DNA of 56,951 bases, the filler included, from Dirinaria sp. TL-2023a (taxonomy: Eukaryota): assembly GCA_051941275.1 (NCBI GenBank). It is 4 parts of 4 records of this genome, joined end to end, with 100 filler letters (N's around TTAATTAATTAA, not from the genome) between each part and the next. Parts side by side here need not be neighbours in the genome. Positions count along the whole stretch, not along the records: positions 1 to 14,170 come from JAVEBF010000618.1; positions 14,271 to 28,439 come from JAVEBF010000619.1; 2 more parts are not named here. One strand, given 5' to 3'. The position numbers were made by a program, and so were the translations under genes. The stretch's first letter is position 1. Each line of letters begins with the position of its first letter. The notes under the pieces were generated by a model. The model was not told where the DNA came from and searched no databases. It worked only from the letters and a program-made list of their open reading frames with translations. Of the stretch, positions 11,477 through 22,345 are shown piece by piece.

Positions 11477-13680
11477 ATGGCAGAGCCACTGTCCATTGCT
11501 ACCTCAACCATTGCAGTGGTTGGCTTTGCTGCTGAATCCAGTAAGTCTGCGTTCCAATTTCTCCAGGGGTTGGCCCACACGCCAGCCCACGTACGTGATT
11601 CCTTACGAATACTGGACTCGTTACACGTGACCTTGACCAGCCTTCAACAAAGTAGTACCAGGCTCGATCCAAAGTACAAGTTTCCGGAGCATTTCTGCCA
11701 TAGACTTCACGAGTGCTTGAATGATCTAAAAGCCTTTGAGACCAAGATACGCAAGATCGATGCTATCTTCGGCGAGAAAGGAAAATTTAAACACGCAAGA
11801 AGGTCATGGGAGAGAATAAGATGGCCGTTGGTCGGAGAGCAGGAAACCGGAAGATTCCTAGAGAAAATGAAAATGTATCAACATGTATTCTCTCTGGAAC
11901 TTCTGAATCTGCTGATGTGAGTTCGACTCGGCTTTAGTAAGGCCGAAAGCCGCAATGGCTAAGGCTAGTATACAGAGTCATCAATGGATCTCCTTCACCT
12001 TCGATGGGTCTGCCAGGGCCGGCTGTGGCAACTTCTGTTTCGGTGGGTTCTTCTTCGAGTCCCCCACTGGCCTCTCAATTTGCCCAACCGGCGCAATTCC
12101 ATCAGGACCCTGTAACCACAACACGGCTCTCTATTGAACGATTGCCGCTAGCTACCAGTACCCGGGATCTGGAGGGCTCGATGTACTCCATAGATCCATG
12201 TAAACCCGTAGACAGCTGTGGCACGTTCAGAGAGGACGCTATACTTGGTCATCCCACATCATATTTGCCGTCCCCTTCACTACGGGTAGAGTTCATGCAG
12301 CGATGGAGTTGCTTTCACTGCGAGTTTGCAATCCGCGGAGGTTCGGCTATCGTCCTGGATTTGAAGCCAAAGCAGAAAGCCCAGTCCTCGGCTCAATGCC
12401 GAAAAATTGGGGTTGGGTTCGGTCTGTCCTTGATGATGCCGGAGCTTTGTCGCAAGAAACTTGAAATAGCTCTCTATCTTGTTCGAACCACGTTCCTGTC
12501 TCGAATGAGGCTCACGCTTCACTACGATATAGAATTCCCGAGAATCATCCCCCGAAGCGCGGATATAATGCAGTGCGTAGAGGAGGGTTTGGTAGACCGC
12601 GTGCAAGGTTTAATAGGCGATGGTAAAGCAACATCAAGGGACATTACAATACACGGCACCACGCTGCTGCACTTGGCCATGAGCACCAGCAACTTACGGT
12701 TGATACGGTTGCTCATCCAGGAGGGTGCAGACGTGAATGCTCACGACGATGACGGAGAGACGCCACTCCATTGGGCAATGGCTAGGGATGGCAACTACGA
12801 AGCTGCGAGAGTGCTGATTGAGAGTGGCGCGGATCTTGGGAACAATAGTGTCGACGAAAGTACACCATTGCACACGTATTTCAATGACACCGTCGCCAAG
12901 GTCCTTTTGTGGGATGACTGGATCGAAGAAACACATCCGAACTCTCAAGGAATGTCGATTGCCCATTTCTTGGCGTGGAGCAGCAAAACCACTCCTGAGC
13001 TTTTCAAACGAGGTACGGCACACACATCAACCGGCTTGTGGTCCGTTGACGGCTTTGGAAGGACATGCCTGCATCTCGCCGCATCGAGGGGAAATGTCGA
13101 CCTTTTGAAGTATCTTCTTGAACGAGCCAGCTTGACTGAGGTTCGGCGGGCGGATAATGAAGGGTGTACGGCTCTTCATTACGTGGTGCAAAGCAGGAAA
13201 CGATTGAGCTCCATTGACTTACTACTTGCTAGCGGGGGAGATCTCCACGCGAAGGACGACGCCTCTCGAAGTGTCCTACATCATGCTGCGCGATGGGAGA
13301 ACTTAGAAGGGGCTCAGAAAGTGGTTGCTTTAGGTGACCGTGAAGTCCTTCTGGCTCCGGACAAAGAGGGATACTTGCCCTCGCACTTAGCTCGAAGCCC
13401 GAAAGCAACAGCCCTTCGAGATTTTCTGACCGATCTCGAATCAGCGGCAAGCCATGGTGCGGTTTCGAAACAAGAGCCTTCGAATTATCAAGGCCCAGGC
13501 ATAGATTCGTTTCCAAAAAGGAGATGTATTGCACTATCTTTGACACTGCTTCGGGGTATTATGATGGCGTTCACGATTCTCCTTTCTGCGTTGAGATCAA
13601 CATCTGTGCACGATGCTATGATATTTGTGTTTCCAGTGGTCATCTGTATTTTGTTACCCCTGATTCAAATCGGTCTTTGA
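11477..13680 (+). CDS. HeLo-like (fungal N-terminal) domain + ankyrin repeats + C-terminal hydrophobic segment(s), 714 aa, 2 exons
   Basis: N-terminus MAEPLSIATSTIAVVGFA...CLNDLKAFETKIRK...WERIRWPL is typical of HeLo-like N-terminal domains. Intron 11917-11975 (GTGAGT...GCTAAG...TACAG) joins it in frame to 12004..13680. Ankyrin repeats: GTTLLHLA, GETPLHWA, GRTCLHLAA, GCTALHYV, SVLHHAA. No NACHT/NB-ARC P-loop was seen. Confidence 0.88.
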
Positions 13681-14068
13681 AAACAAATGACTAGGTCACC
13701 CTAGTTGATGGTTGAGATCAGTCGATTGAATAGACTAGAACAAACAGCAAATCTGTTTAAATTGTTACCAGGCATAATATCTATGCTTGAGCATGTAAGG
13801 CCACTCTTTCTGGCGCATAGATACGCTTCTGAGAAGCTGAGGGATTTCGCGGAGCAGAGGAGCAATTATGCCACAGGCCTTAATGGCTGTACTGAAGTGT
13901 GTTCCAGTCTCTTTGACTGCAAATCTGATAGCTTGATTACCTAAGGTAGCTTACTGTAGACAATTCCACCAATCAAAACCGAGTATGGCTCACTAATGTC
14001 ATTCCCTTCTACGGCCACCACTATCAAAGCTGTTCACTGATCAGACAGATCTCGACTTCTAATCAACA

Positions 14069-14170
14069 ATGTTGATAAATAGCCTCACGCTCGCGCTCCT
14101 CTTCCCTCTCACCCTCGCCGCCGACCTACGGCTTTCCATCCCCTCCCATCTCCCCGCCCTTCCACCCCTG
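14069..14170 (+). CDS. 5' fragment of a signal-peptide protein, probably EMC7-like, truncated by the assembly gap
   Basis: MLINSLTLALLFPLTLAADLRLSIPSHLPALPP: a signal peptide followed by an L.LSIP...LP.LPP motif recalling fungal EMC7 N-termini. It runs into the Ns, so identity rests on about 34 codons. Confidence 0.45.
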
Positions 14171-14270
14171 NNNNNNNNNNNNNNNNNNNNNNNNNNNNNN
14201 NNNNNNNNNNNNNNTTAATTAATTAANNNNNNNNNNNNNNNNNNNNNNNNNNNNNNNNNNNNNNNNNNNN
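14171..14270. other. Artificial contig-joining linker (N-TTAATTAATTAA-N)
   Basis: 100-nt block of Ns with a central TTAATTAATTAA (stops in all six frames); identical blocks occur at 28440 and 42698. Confidence 0.97.
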
Positions 14271-14678
14271 GGATAGGATGGGATGCGAGGCGAGGCGATG
14301 GAATTAAAAGATAATTTCGAAGATGAGGTAGATGAATGAATGAATGTATGAAGAGATGGAGAGAATGCCAGAAAAGGAGGGAAGGGCGAGGGGTTATTGT
14401 TTTTGGGAGGGAAAAACAGGAGAAGGGAAGAGGGTGAGTATTTTCTTGAAAGTTATAATGGATCTAAGGGGGTTGGATTTGTACCGAAGGGAAAGTTCAT
14501 GATTGATTGTGCTGAAAGTAGTCGGTCATCAATGATTTAACCGACCGATTCGTCGGTAGTGTAGTTGTAGATAGCTGGACAGCACCTTTTCTCTTTTTTT
14601 CCTCTTTTTGAGACGTCTCATCTACAGGTAAGCTACTCTATCAGCCTCATCTCAAGCACTTCGCATCGCGACCCTCAT

Positions 14679-17104
14679 TCACTGATAATACCCACCACCA
14701 TACCCAGGCTGAGGAGGAGGCGGCGCATTGGGATCATACCCCTGAGGTGGATATCCACCATACTGAGGTTGAGGCGGATAACCTCCTTGTGGCTGAAATT
14801 GGGGTCCTGGTCCTTGCTGCCACTGCGGAGGCGGCTGTTGCTGTCCATAGCCACCTTGAGTCTGATACGGCACGGGGCCCTGGCTCTGCGCGTACGGGTC
14901 TTGCTGGTACTGCGGTGCTGAGGCTTGTTCATATGCAGTTGCGGGGCCGGTCGGTGGCCGCGTGCTGTCAAAGGCGGTGTCTGTCCCTGGGAAAGCGCTG
15001 GGGATGTTCTCAGCGTCATCGACGCCGTCTCGTCGTAGGCCGGTCGCGTCACGGAATTTGCCCAGTTTCTCCCAGGGCGCGTTGCTCAGCTTGCTGTGGC
15101 TGCCGGGGCCGAAGATGTTCGACATCCCCGGGATACCGCTGGGCATGCCGGGTATACCGCTACCGTGGCTATGCGGTGCATTGGCGTCGAGGCCGATGTG
15201 ATTCTTGCCTGCGCGCACGCTTTCGGAGGAAAGGATAGTATTTATGTCGGGAAGGTTGTTTGGCCGATTGTGAGCCCAGCGCTGCACAGTATCGTACATG
15301 TTCCTGTGCAGCTCACAGTGAGGATCTCGAAGTACAGGGTGGTGGAAGACTCGCGACACATCGTTGAGTACTTCGTGGATGGGGACGCCAGGATTTTGCC
15401 ATGCGAAGATGATGCGTGGTGCGACGTATTGTAGAATACAGGCGGCAACTTGGCCAGCTGGTTCGTTCAGAATGTTAGAGAAATGATCTTTCGACAGCAT
15501 ACTATGGGTTGGGTCACTGCATTGGGGGTTCGTCCATGGTTCGTATTGGTGCTTGCCACTCGTATCTATGACTGCGGAACTGCCGGTCTTCAGCTGCTTA
15601 GAAACCGCATTGATGATAGGGCGGATGAACGGCGCCAACAGCGACAGCACGAAGAGTGTCAAAGTCTCGGTGATCTTTTCGACGAGCGCCTCAAGACCGG
15701 GTATTTTCTCGATCGTCGCGGAGATGGCTTTCACTACTTTATCTCGAAACTCAAGGATCGGGTAGATCTTGCGGGCGGTTTCTTGAGGGTTGAAGTCTGC
15801 GCTGAGACCCGGAATGCCTGGTCCCGGAGGACCACCCGTACTCCCAGGAGGAGCGTCGAAAGTTGGAGGTGCTGACAGTGGGGCATCGCGAGTATTTCTC
15901 TCTGCTTGAGCGTCTGACTGCGCCTGCAGTTGTCCAGCTTCCTGAATTAGGCTGCCTGCGCCTGGAACCTGCCCAAGGAGTCCGGTCATGCTTGACAATT
16001 GCTGAGAGCCTCCAAACCCACGGCTGCTGCCGCCTTGTTTCGATTGGGCTTGTGCGTCGCCAAGGGCTTTCTCCATCTGCTCAACTTCGGATTGAGCAAA
16101 ATTATCTTGGGCTTCTCCAAGTACTGCTAGGTGTCAGCAACTTGTCTAAATTCTCCCTTTCGCAACTAGAAAAAAGGTCGCAAAATCATGAAACAACCTA
16201 CCGGAGTGCAGAAAGTCAACGACACCGAAAGTCCCAGTCACAAGCGGATACGCTCGATGGCCTCGGAGATTTATCTCTGTTGCAGTACCTGTGTGTGGAA
16301 ATACATTCCCATACCCCATGTCGCGAAGTGCGAGTTCCGTGTAATTAGTATGAGCTCCAAAATCCTCCAAGCAATGCAAACCCTGGCCCAGACATCTGAG
16401 CGCTTCGCAAAGATCAGCTTCCCGGCCCTTGCTACTCCCTGCACCACTTGTATAAAGTCTGCCGAAGTGAATGCTTCGTGTGAAACTATGCTTAATATAG
16501 CCAGCGCTAGTCGCGATACCAATATTCTCATTAGCTATGTAGTTCTTCATCCCGGTATTGGGATCGATTTCCAACTCGATAGGCTGGACCGGAGGCCGTA
16601 GCCTTGGATCATACTTTCTCGCATCTTGATTATCTGCGTAGTCTTTGGGGTTGTCAATGTGCTCCTCGGGCCTATAAGTCCCTAGCCGTTCCTCTGTGAC
16701 TTCGAACTCTGCGGTTGCATATCCGAATGCCAGAAACGAGAGAACCCAGACCAGGATCCGAATAGTCGCGGATTGAATACCCTTCAGAGTCCCCACGTCT
16801 ACTGCTTGAGAGTAATCACGTAACCAGTTGCCGAAGTAGACGCGCTTGATCATCATGGAAGTCCACTTGTGGCCATGGATGAAGGCCACAGTCTTGAGCA
16901 TGTCTTCAATATCTCCATGACGCCAATTATGTCCTTCAATCTTCGAGATTGAAGCTACTCATGTCTCAGTCGAGTTTTCTTTTTCTCCAAGAGTAAAGAT
17001 CAAGACCTACCGATGTTGCCGGCGCCAAAGGCGGTTGTGGGAGAGGCATACAAAATCAAACACACGAGAAAAATCGAAATGGACCAAGTACGAGAGATAG
17101 CCAT
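14679..17104 (-). CDS. het-c: Heterokaryon incompatibility HET-C family protein, 3 exons
   Basis: Signal peptide then AFGAGNI|ASISKIEGHNWRHGDIEDML...RVYFGNWLRDYSQAVDVG...ERLGTYRPEEHIDNPKDY...GQGLHCLEDFGAHTNY, DPTHSMLSKDHFSNILNEPAG, and a Gly/Pro/Gln/Tyr-rich tail. Introns at 17010-16955 and about 16201-16124. Confidence 0.93.
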
Positions 17105-17921
17105 GATAGTAATTGAGCTGCAGTACTAGGGTCTGGTTCAAAACTCTTCGTAATATCTCATGCTCAGTACAAGAAGAAAGCAAATAGACCTGCCAGACCT
17201 AGGCTTGCTATGAGAGAGGAACGTGAACTGGCAATCGGGTGTCAATCCACTTTAAAGTCTCTTAACTATACACCTCGGTCACATACCAGCTGAGAAACAA
17301 GGCGGTGAATGCATTAGGGCCCGGCATGCCCGTGTTACAAGTGCGAGCACGACTTGACGAAGCTGCTGTGGCTGAAGCAAATGGCGTCTGCTGATCGCAG
17401 CACTAAAATGCCAAGAAAGAAGCAAGTGTCGGTTTTCAGGGTTCAGGCAGGGTACGAGTACGTCGATCTCCAACTCATCTACAAACCAACGTTCTACTGT
17501 TCCATTTCATCGAGCCATACCGCTTGACTCAACAAGCGAAGGAGTTTCACACCGAGGAAACATATGAGTAGGTAGCAAGGAGGACGTAGATATATGACAG
17601 GGATGAGCCTCAGCTGCTAAATACTTTGCGAATTTACCATCAAAGTAGAAGAAGCATTCAAGATGCTGCAAAAGCCCGAAGACCAATGAACGAGAAGGCA
17701 CGCTAAAGATGGCATGGTAAAAAGAATCGATGGTATATTTTTATTGGGAAAGAGCGCTAAGTCCAGCAGAAGGAACTATGAAACCTGTTTCGACTATGTA
17801 CTCACGGACCCCACCTGCCTGGATAATTTTATGAAACGACCTCAAACTTGCCTCCTTCGATATATGTTCCAACTAGAAAGCTCACACCAGCGTTTACAAA
17901 GTCCTGCGTTTCAAGCTTCCT

Positions 17922-18918
17922 TTACAACACCGCGGAGGTATTACTTCCGTGAACGGTGAGCTGCGCATTCGCTGCAGGCCCGACCGCCTCATCAATCGCG
18001 GAGGCAGTAGCATACAACAGGACCACATACGGGTCGAGTGGCACTATCAATCGCATCAGCCATCCCTTATTCGTTTTGAAGAGCACTATGTAATTCTAAT
18101 GCCTGGGGGTGTGGGGGGTCCAACTGTACCGCTGCTCCAAATGGCCGCTGCTCTCGGTGCCATGGGATAGGGCCGCAGACAACGGTTTTCTGCCCATGAC
18201 ATGACATACGCCACGACATCCCAGGGAAGGCTGAAAGACGTCGCGAAGGGACCTGGTGGCAGCTGCGGCAAATAGCGACGTCCCTGAGTTGCGAAGGTGC
18301 CTAGGGTGGTGATTGCGAGGGTGCACTCTCCTGCAGGGAAATTATCATCAAAGCGATTCGGGGCAGCCCCAAGAAGAAGAAAAAAATCAAGAAAAAAAAT
18401 AATCAACTACCTCCCCTTCCACTAGCAACAAGTTTTTCGTCTCTTCGTTCTCTTTTGCTCCAAAAATATCGCCTTTTTTTTTTTTTCAAGTTCCCAACCC
18501 CCAAGGGGGAAAGTTGAATAGTACACAAATATCCCCCCTTAAAAAAACAAAAAAAAAAAAAAAAAAACAAAAAGCAAAAACCCATACCACGAACCAATTT
18601 AACCGGCGTCCGCACCACCGGCAACGCCGTCACCGGCGCCGCAGCCACGGGCAAGAACTCGAAGCGCGCACCCTGGTTGGGGATCACATAGCGGGCTTCG
18701 AGGTGGCGCTGGATGCTTCTGAAATTCATCGTGGCCACCGTAGGCGGCCAGTAGGGTCTTGTCCACGCCTGTGCTTTGAAGCATTGCCCCTGAGCGTCGT
18801 AATTGGACGCGTTTAGTTCTAAGAAGGAGGTAGCAGATTGAGGAAGCGTTAATGCGCTGCAGAATTGTGCTATGAACAGAAAAAAAAGACAATGGGAAGC
18901 GGTGATGCAGGTACGCAT
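17922..18918 (-). CDS. Small secreted Cys-containing protein of unknown function
   Basis: Signal peptide MRTCITASHCLFFLFIAQFCSA. Intron 18587-18331 (GTATGG...CTGCAG, poly-T rich) joins to GECTLAITTLG...LPWDVVAYVMSWAENRC. The ORF stops at 18086 unless a 44-nt GTACAG...CATAG intron is removed, which extends it (VVLLYATASAIDEAV) to a TAA at 17922. The 3' end is uncertain. Confidence 0.65.
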
Positions 18919-19558
18919 ACTTATTACACTATTTCACATCAGTCTCGCAGTCGCGTGAGAATTTTATGATGAAGCGGGAGCGCTGTTTGTACAGTACGTA
19001 AGGTAGGTACGATGGGTTCTCGAAATATGCGTCGCATAAATGAAAGCAGCGCGTATATAAAAATCTATGCCTGTTGCTGTTGCGCCCAAGTCAACAATAA
19101 TCCATCCGTGGATCGGGATCTCCTCTACTTGTCCATTGTAAATCTATCTATCAGGGAAGTAGGAAGTGGTATGGCTCATGGATTGGTAGATAACGAAGAC
19201 CTATGATATATCTTAGTTTTATGCCCCCCCCAAAAAAAAAATTCATGCTAGTGACTTCTAAAAAAGGGACGCAAAAAAGGTTCAAACATCAGTTTCTTTT
19301 ACGGCTGCAGTAGGATTGTGAACCACCGTGTTCTAACACTTGAAAAATGAGGAAAGGGAAAAAGTTTGATGGAGGGAAAAGTGAAAAATGATATGTGACT
19401 CGGCTTCATGAAATGTTGAGGTCACTTTCTCTAGAGTGTTCACTTTGTATGATGGCAGCACTGTGATAGGGGTTCCAATTATTTGCATTTGCTGCTGAAA
19501 TCATTGCATGCTACTTGACAAGTACACCGTTTCTCAGCACCTAGCTGACTTCATGGGC

Positions 19559-20406
19559 CTAGTATCCGTCATCGCTCCCCCACTCCGTCTCAACTCGGCC
19601 CCTCCACTCCTGAGGCTGACCGGGCATCTGTTGCTGCCATTCAGATCCCCCATACTCGATTCGCCGTCCATGGTTTTGGGGGTTTCGAGGACGTTGGGGC
19701 ATCGAAGTCCGAGAGCCACCACTATAATAATCAGCGGGTAGGGAACTTATGCAAGGGAAACGACTCACCTTCCGTATCCAGGATAGCCTTCATATCCGTG
19801 ATAGTCTTCATATCCGTGATAGTCTTCATATCCATGATAGCCATGCCCATGGGGAAATTGACCCTGAGAGCCATATCCATAGGGATCTTGGCCCTGGGAG
19901 GAAGGAGGTGGCACTGGACCGTGACCAGGTGCTCGGCCTCGATGAGAACTGAAACCCGAATCTCCATATTGGGAGTCGTATCCTGGGTGTCGAAAAGGGG
20001 GCTCGAGCATATTGGAGCGACGATCGACTATCTGACCACGGGAGTCACGTCGGCTGTCGCTGTATCCTCGATCATAGGCCATGTCTGCAAAGGATAACAT
20101 CATTAGCGACGTGACATCCGTAAAAGCTGATACTACGTAAGGTAAAGAACATCACTTACTCATTAGGCCCATGTCACGGCGAACCTGCTGAAGGGCGGCG
20201 CCATAACCCTCATTAAAAGATCGCCGTGCAACGCGGCGATTGGATTGACGAGCATGCTCCTGTTGCTCGATGAGCATGCCACGCGAGTTACGAAGGGCAC
20301 GCCCGAGCTGCGCGTTATGGGTTTGTGCAGCCCTAGCTACCCGCTGGTTGTACTCAGCTTCCTGACGCCATTCGTGGCCATTGATCATGTCCCGGAAGTG
20401 AGGCAT
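19559..20406 (-). CDS. Low-complexity Gly/Tyr/His/Arg-rich protein of unknown function, 3 exons
   Basis: ATG at 20406 (MPHFRDMING...). Phase-compatible introns 20159-20085 (GTAAGT...GCTAAT...GCAG) and 19768-about 19721 (GTGAGT...GCTGAT...TAG) join ORF pieces 20152..20544, 19765..20103 and 19559..19768. Confidence 0.7.
19782..19843 (-). repeat. 18-bp coding tandem repeat (about 3 copies) encoding GYEDYH
   Basis: Unit TAGTCTTCATATCCGTGA repeated with small variations; translates on the minus strand as HGYHGYEDYHGYEDYHGYEGY. Confidence 0.85.
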
Positions 20407-22345
20407 TGTGGAAATTGTGGTGGTAATAGTTTCTAAGAGGAGGTCGCAAGAGGATGTTACTTTTGTGTTAGAATCTCTGTTGAGTGAAGGGGGATTAGGA
20501 TGAAGATTTGGTATGCTGAAGTAGTTGATGATGAGAGGTTCCAAGGCTTAAGGAAGAGAAAGAATATATAGCTATAGGAATTATGAAGTCTTCATTTTTC
20601 CGGTGTTCGAAAATACTGTGTTTTGCGAATCGTGTGAGGAAAAAACCATAGTGATAAGATAGTGTTGGAATGGAGGGTTCATACTTCGGGCGTGTTGGAA
20701 GAGTCTGTGTATTGCGGATATAATCATAGTTTGAAAATCGTCCATCTGTTGCAGGAAAAAGTGATTTAAGGTAACCTCACCCCGTACGCATCGGAAAACA
20801 CGCAACGCTTGCTTCTTTCGCTAACACCATTCAAAGACCTTCCCATCTTTCCCCTCTCTTTTTTGCTAGGAGTGTTTAAATCAGGTCCGTGTTGTGTTGT
20901 ATAATCCTCAGCAGGCAAGCCCCAGGTTTTATTTTATTTTCATTTTTCTGTTGCTTTCCCAGCAAGGTGCCTCAATTTGGGGCTGGCATACTAAAAAAGC
21001 AACTTGTAGGTAAAGACTGAGAGTAAAGACGAAATTTTGGAGGAGTATCGCCACGAACAATGGAGACAGAGAAAAATTGTGAAGGAAGGAAGCATCCCTT
21101 CCTCATTCAAGCACCAGATTTGATAGAAGATGACTGTACAATCTCCAGACACGGTATAATGCTATACCATCTTCTGCTATACTCCATAGCTCTCCAAGCA
21201 CATTTTAGAGTCCTTGGGTAGCAGCAGTACAATGGCAGTATACGAAGTCTGTCGGACGAGTTTCTTTGTAATAGGCATGCTATGAGTTCATTACCATAGG
21301 TAGGAAGAGAAATAGAATTCTCAGGTAGGATGGGCTTTGCTTCATTAAATCACTCTTTCTATTTGCTACCACAGAAGTTTTGTTTGTCACATGCCAAGCG
21401 TACTCTATTCTCCCGTTAGTGTGCCAAGCATTGGCTAGTGCAGGTAGGAGAGCGCAACAGAGAACCATAACTCTTGGCATATATGGACTCCCTCGACTGT
21501 AAGGTACCTACCTTAATGTACCCATGCAAACATGCGGAAATCTTACATCCTTCATCACAGAAACTGGAAAACCGAAGTAAGATAATAGAATTCTATAAGA
21601 TGTGTTACACCCTGATCAAAATTGCACGATACGTGCACAATGTGCTGGATTTCAATGAGATGACGAAAGCCCACAGCGACGAACGCATCTAGAATTTTGC
21701 GGATACAGGATGCGAACCTTAGTAATACAGGAGGAAGGAGTTTTATGGGTAGGGCAACCTTTGCGAATTCAAAACCGTGATCAGAGCGTCGATGTTCATG
21801 TTTCCCACTGGCATTATTTCTGTTACCTACCTGTACGAGTACTAGTTGACCTTGGAGAGCTCAAACCACAAACAGTAGGCCAACAAACCCCAGGGTTGAA
21901 TAGACGGGCACAATAGCCATAGCAAGGCCATGTCAATATTAGGATCTATCAATTAGGAGGTAATAATACAGCAGAAGCAATGATTACAATTCTCAGTACA
22001 GGGGCGTCAATCCCCGTAAATCGACCGTAACTATCGTGCTGGCAGATCTCGCTGAACCGCGACCCTTTTTGCTCCAGCCCATGCTTCTCCACTGTACACA
22101 TAACTTGACACAATGAGGGGTAATGCTTGCGCAGGCGCTGCGGCCTGGAAGAGGACCCCCTTTGATGCTGATGCTTGTATTAATGCCATATGCTCGCTCG
22201 ATATCCTTACACATGCAGGCACGCGACCGTGCATGGAAAATCTCGAAATGGAAAGGGGGAATAAATGAAGAGAATTCGTCTATGCGTATCTATCGATTTG
22301 AAAGGTGCTGCGGTTTGTGGCAGGTATGGCGCTGGGTCATGGTGA

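Noticed and set aside
14215..14226. Palindromic TTAATTAATTAA inside N-runs (also at about 28484 and 42742)
   Set aside because: An identical 100-nt construct appears three times: an assembly spacer with six-frame stops, not biology.
18336..18586. Poly-A/poly-T runs and Phe- or Lys-rich ORF extensions (similar runs at about 42449 and 45398)
   Set aside because: Intronic or intergenic homopolymers; no target-site duplications or retro-element body were seen.
19782..19843. Direct repeats considered as a CRISPR-like array
   Set aside because: Contiguous 18-bp coding repeats without spacers in a eukaryotic gene.
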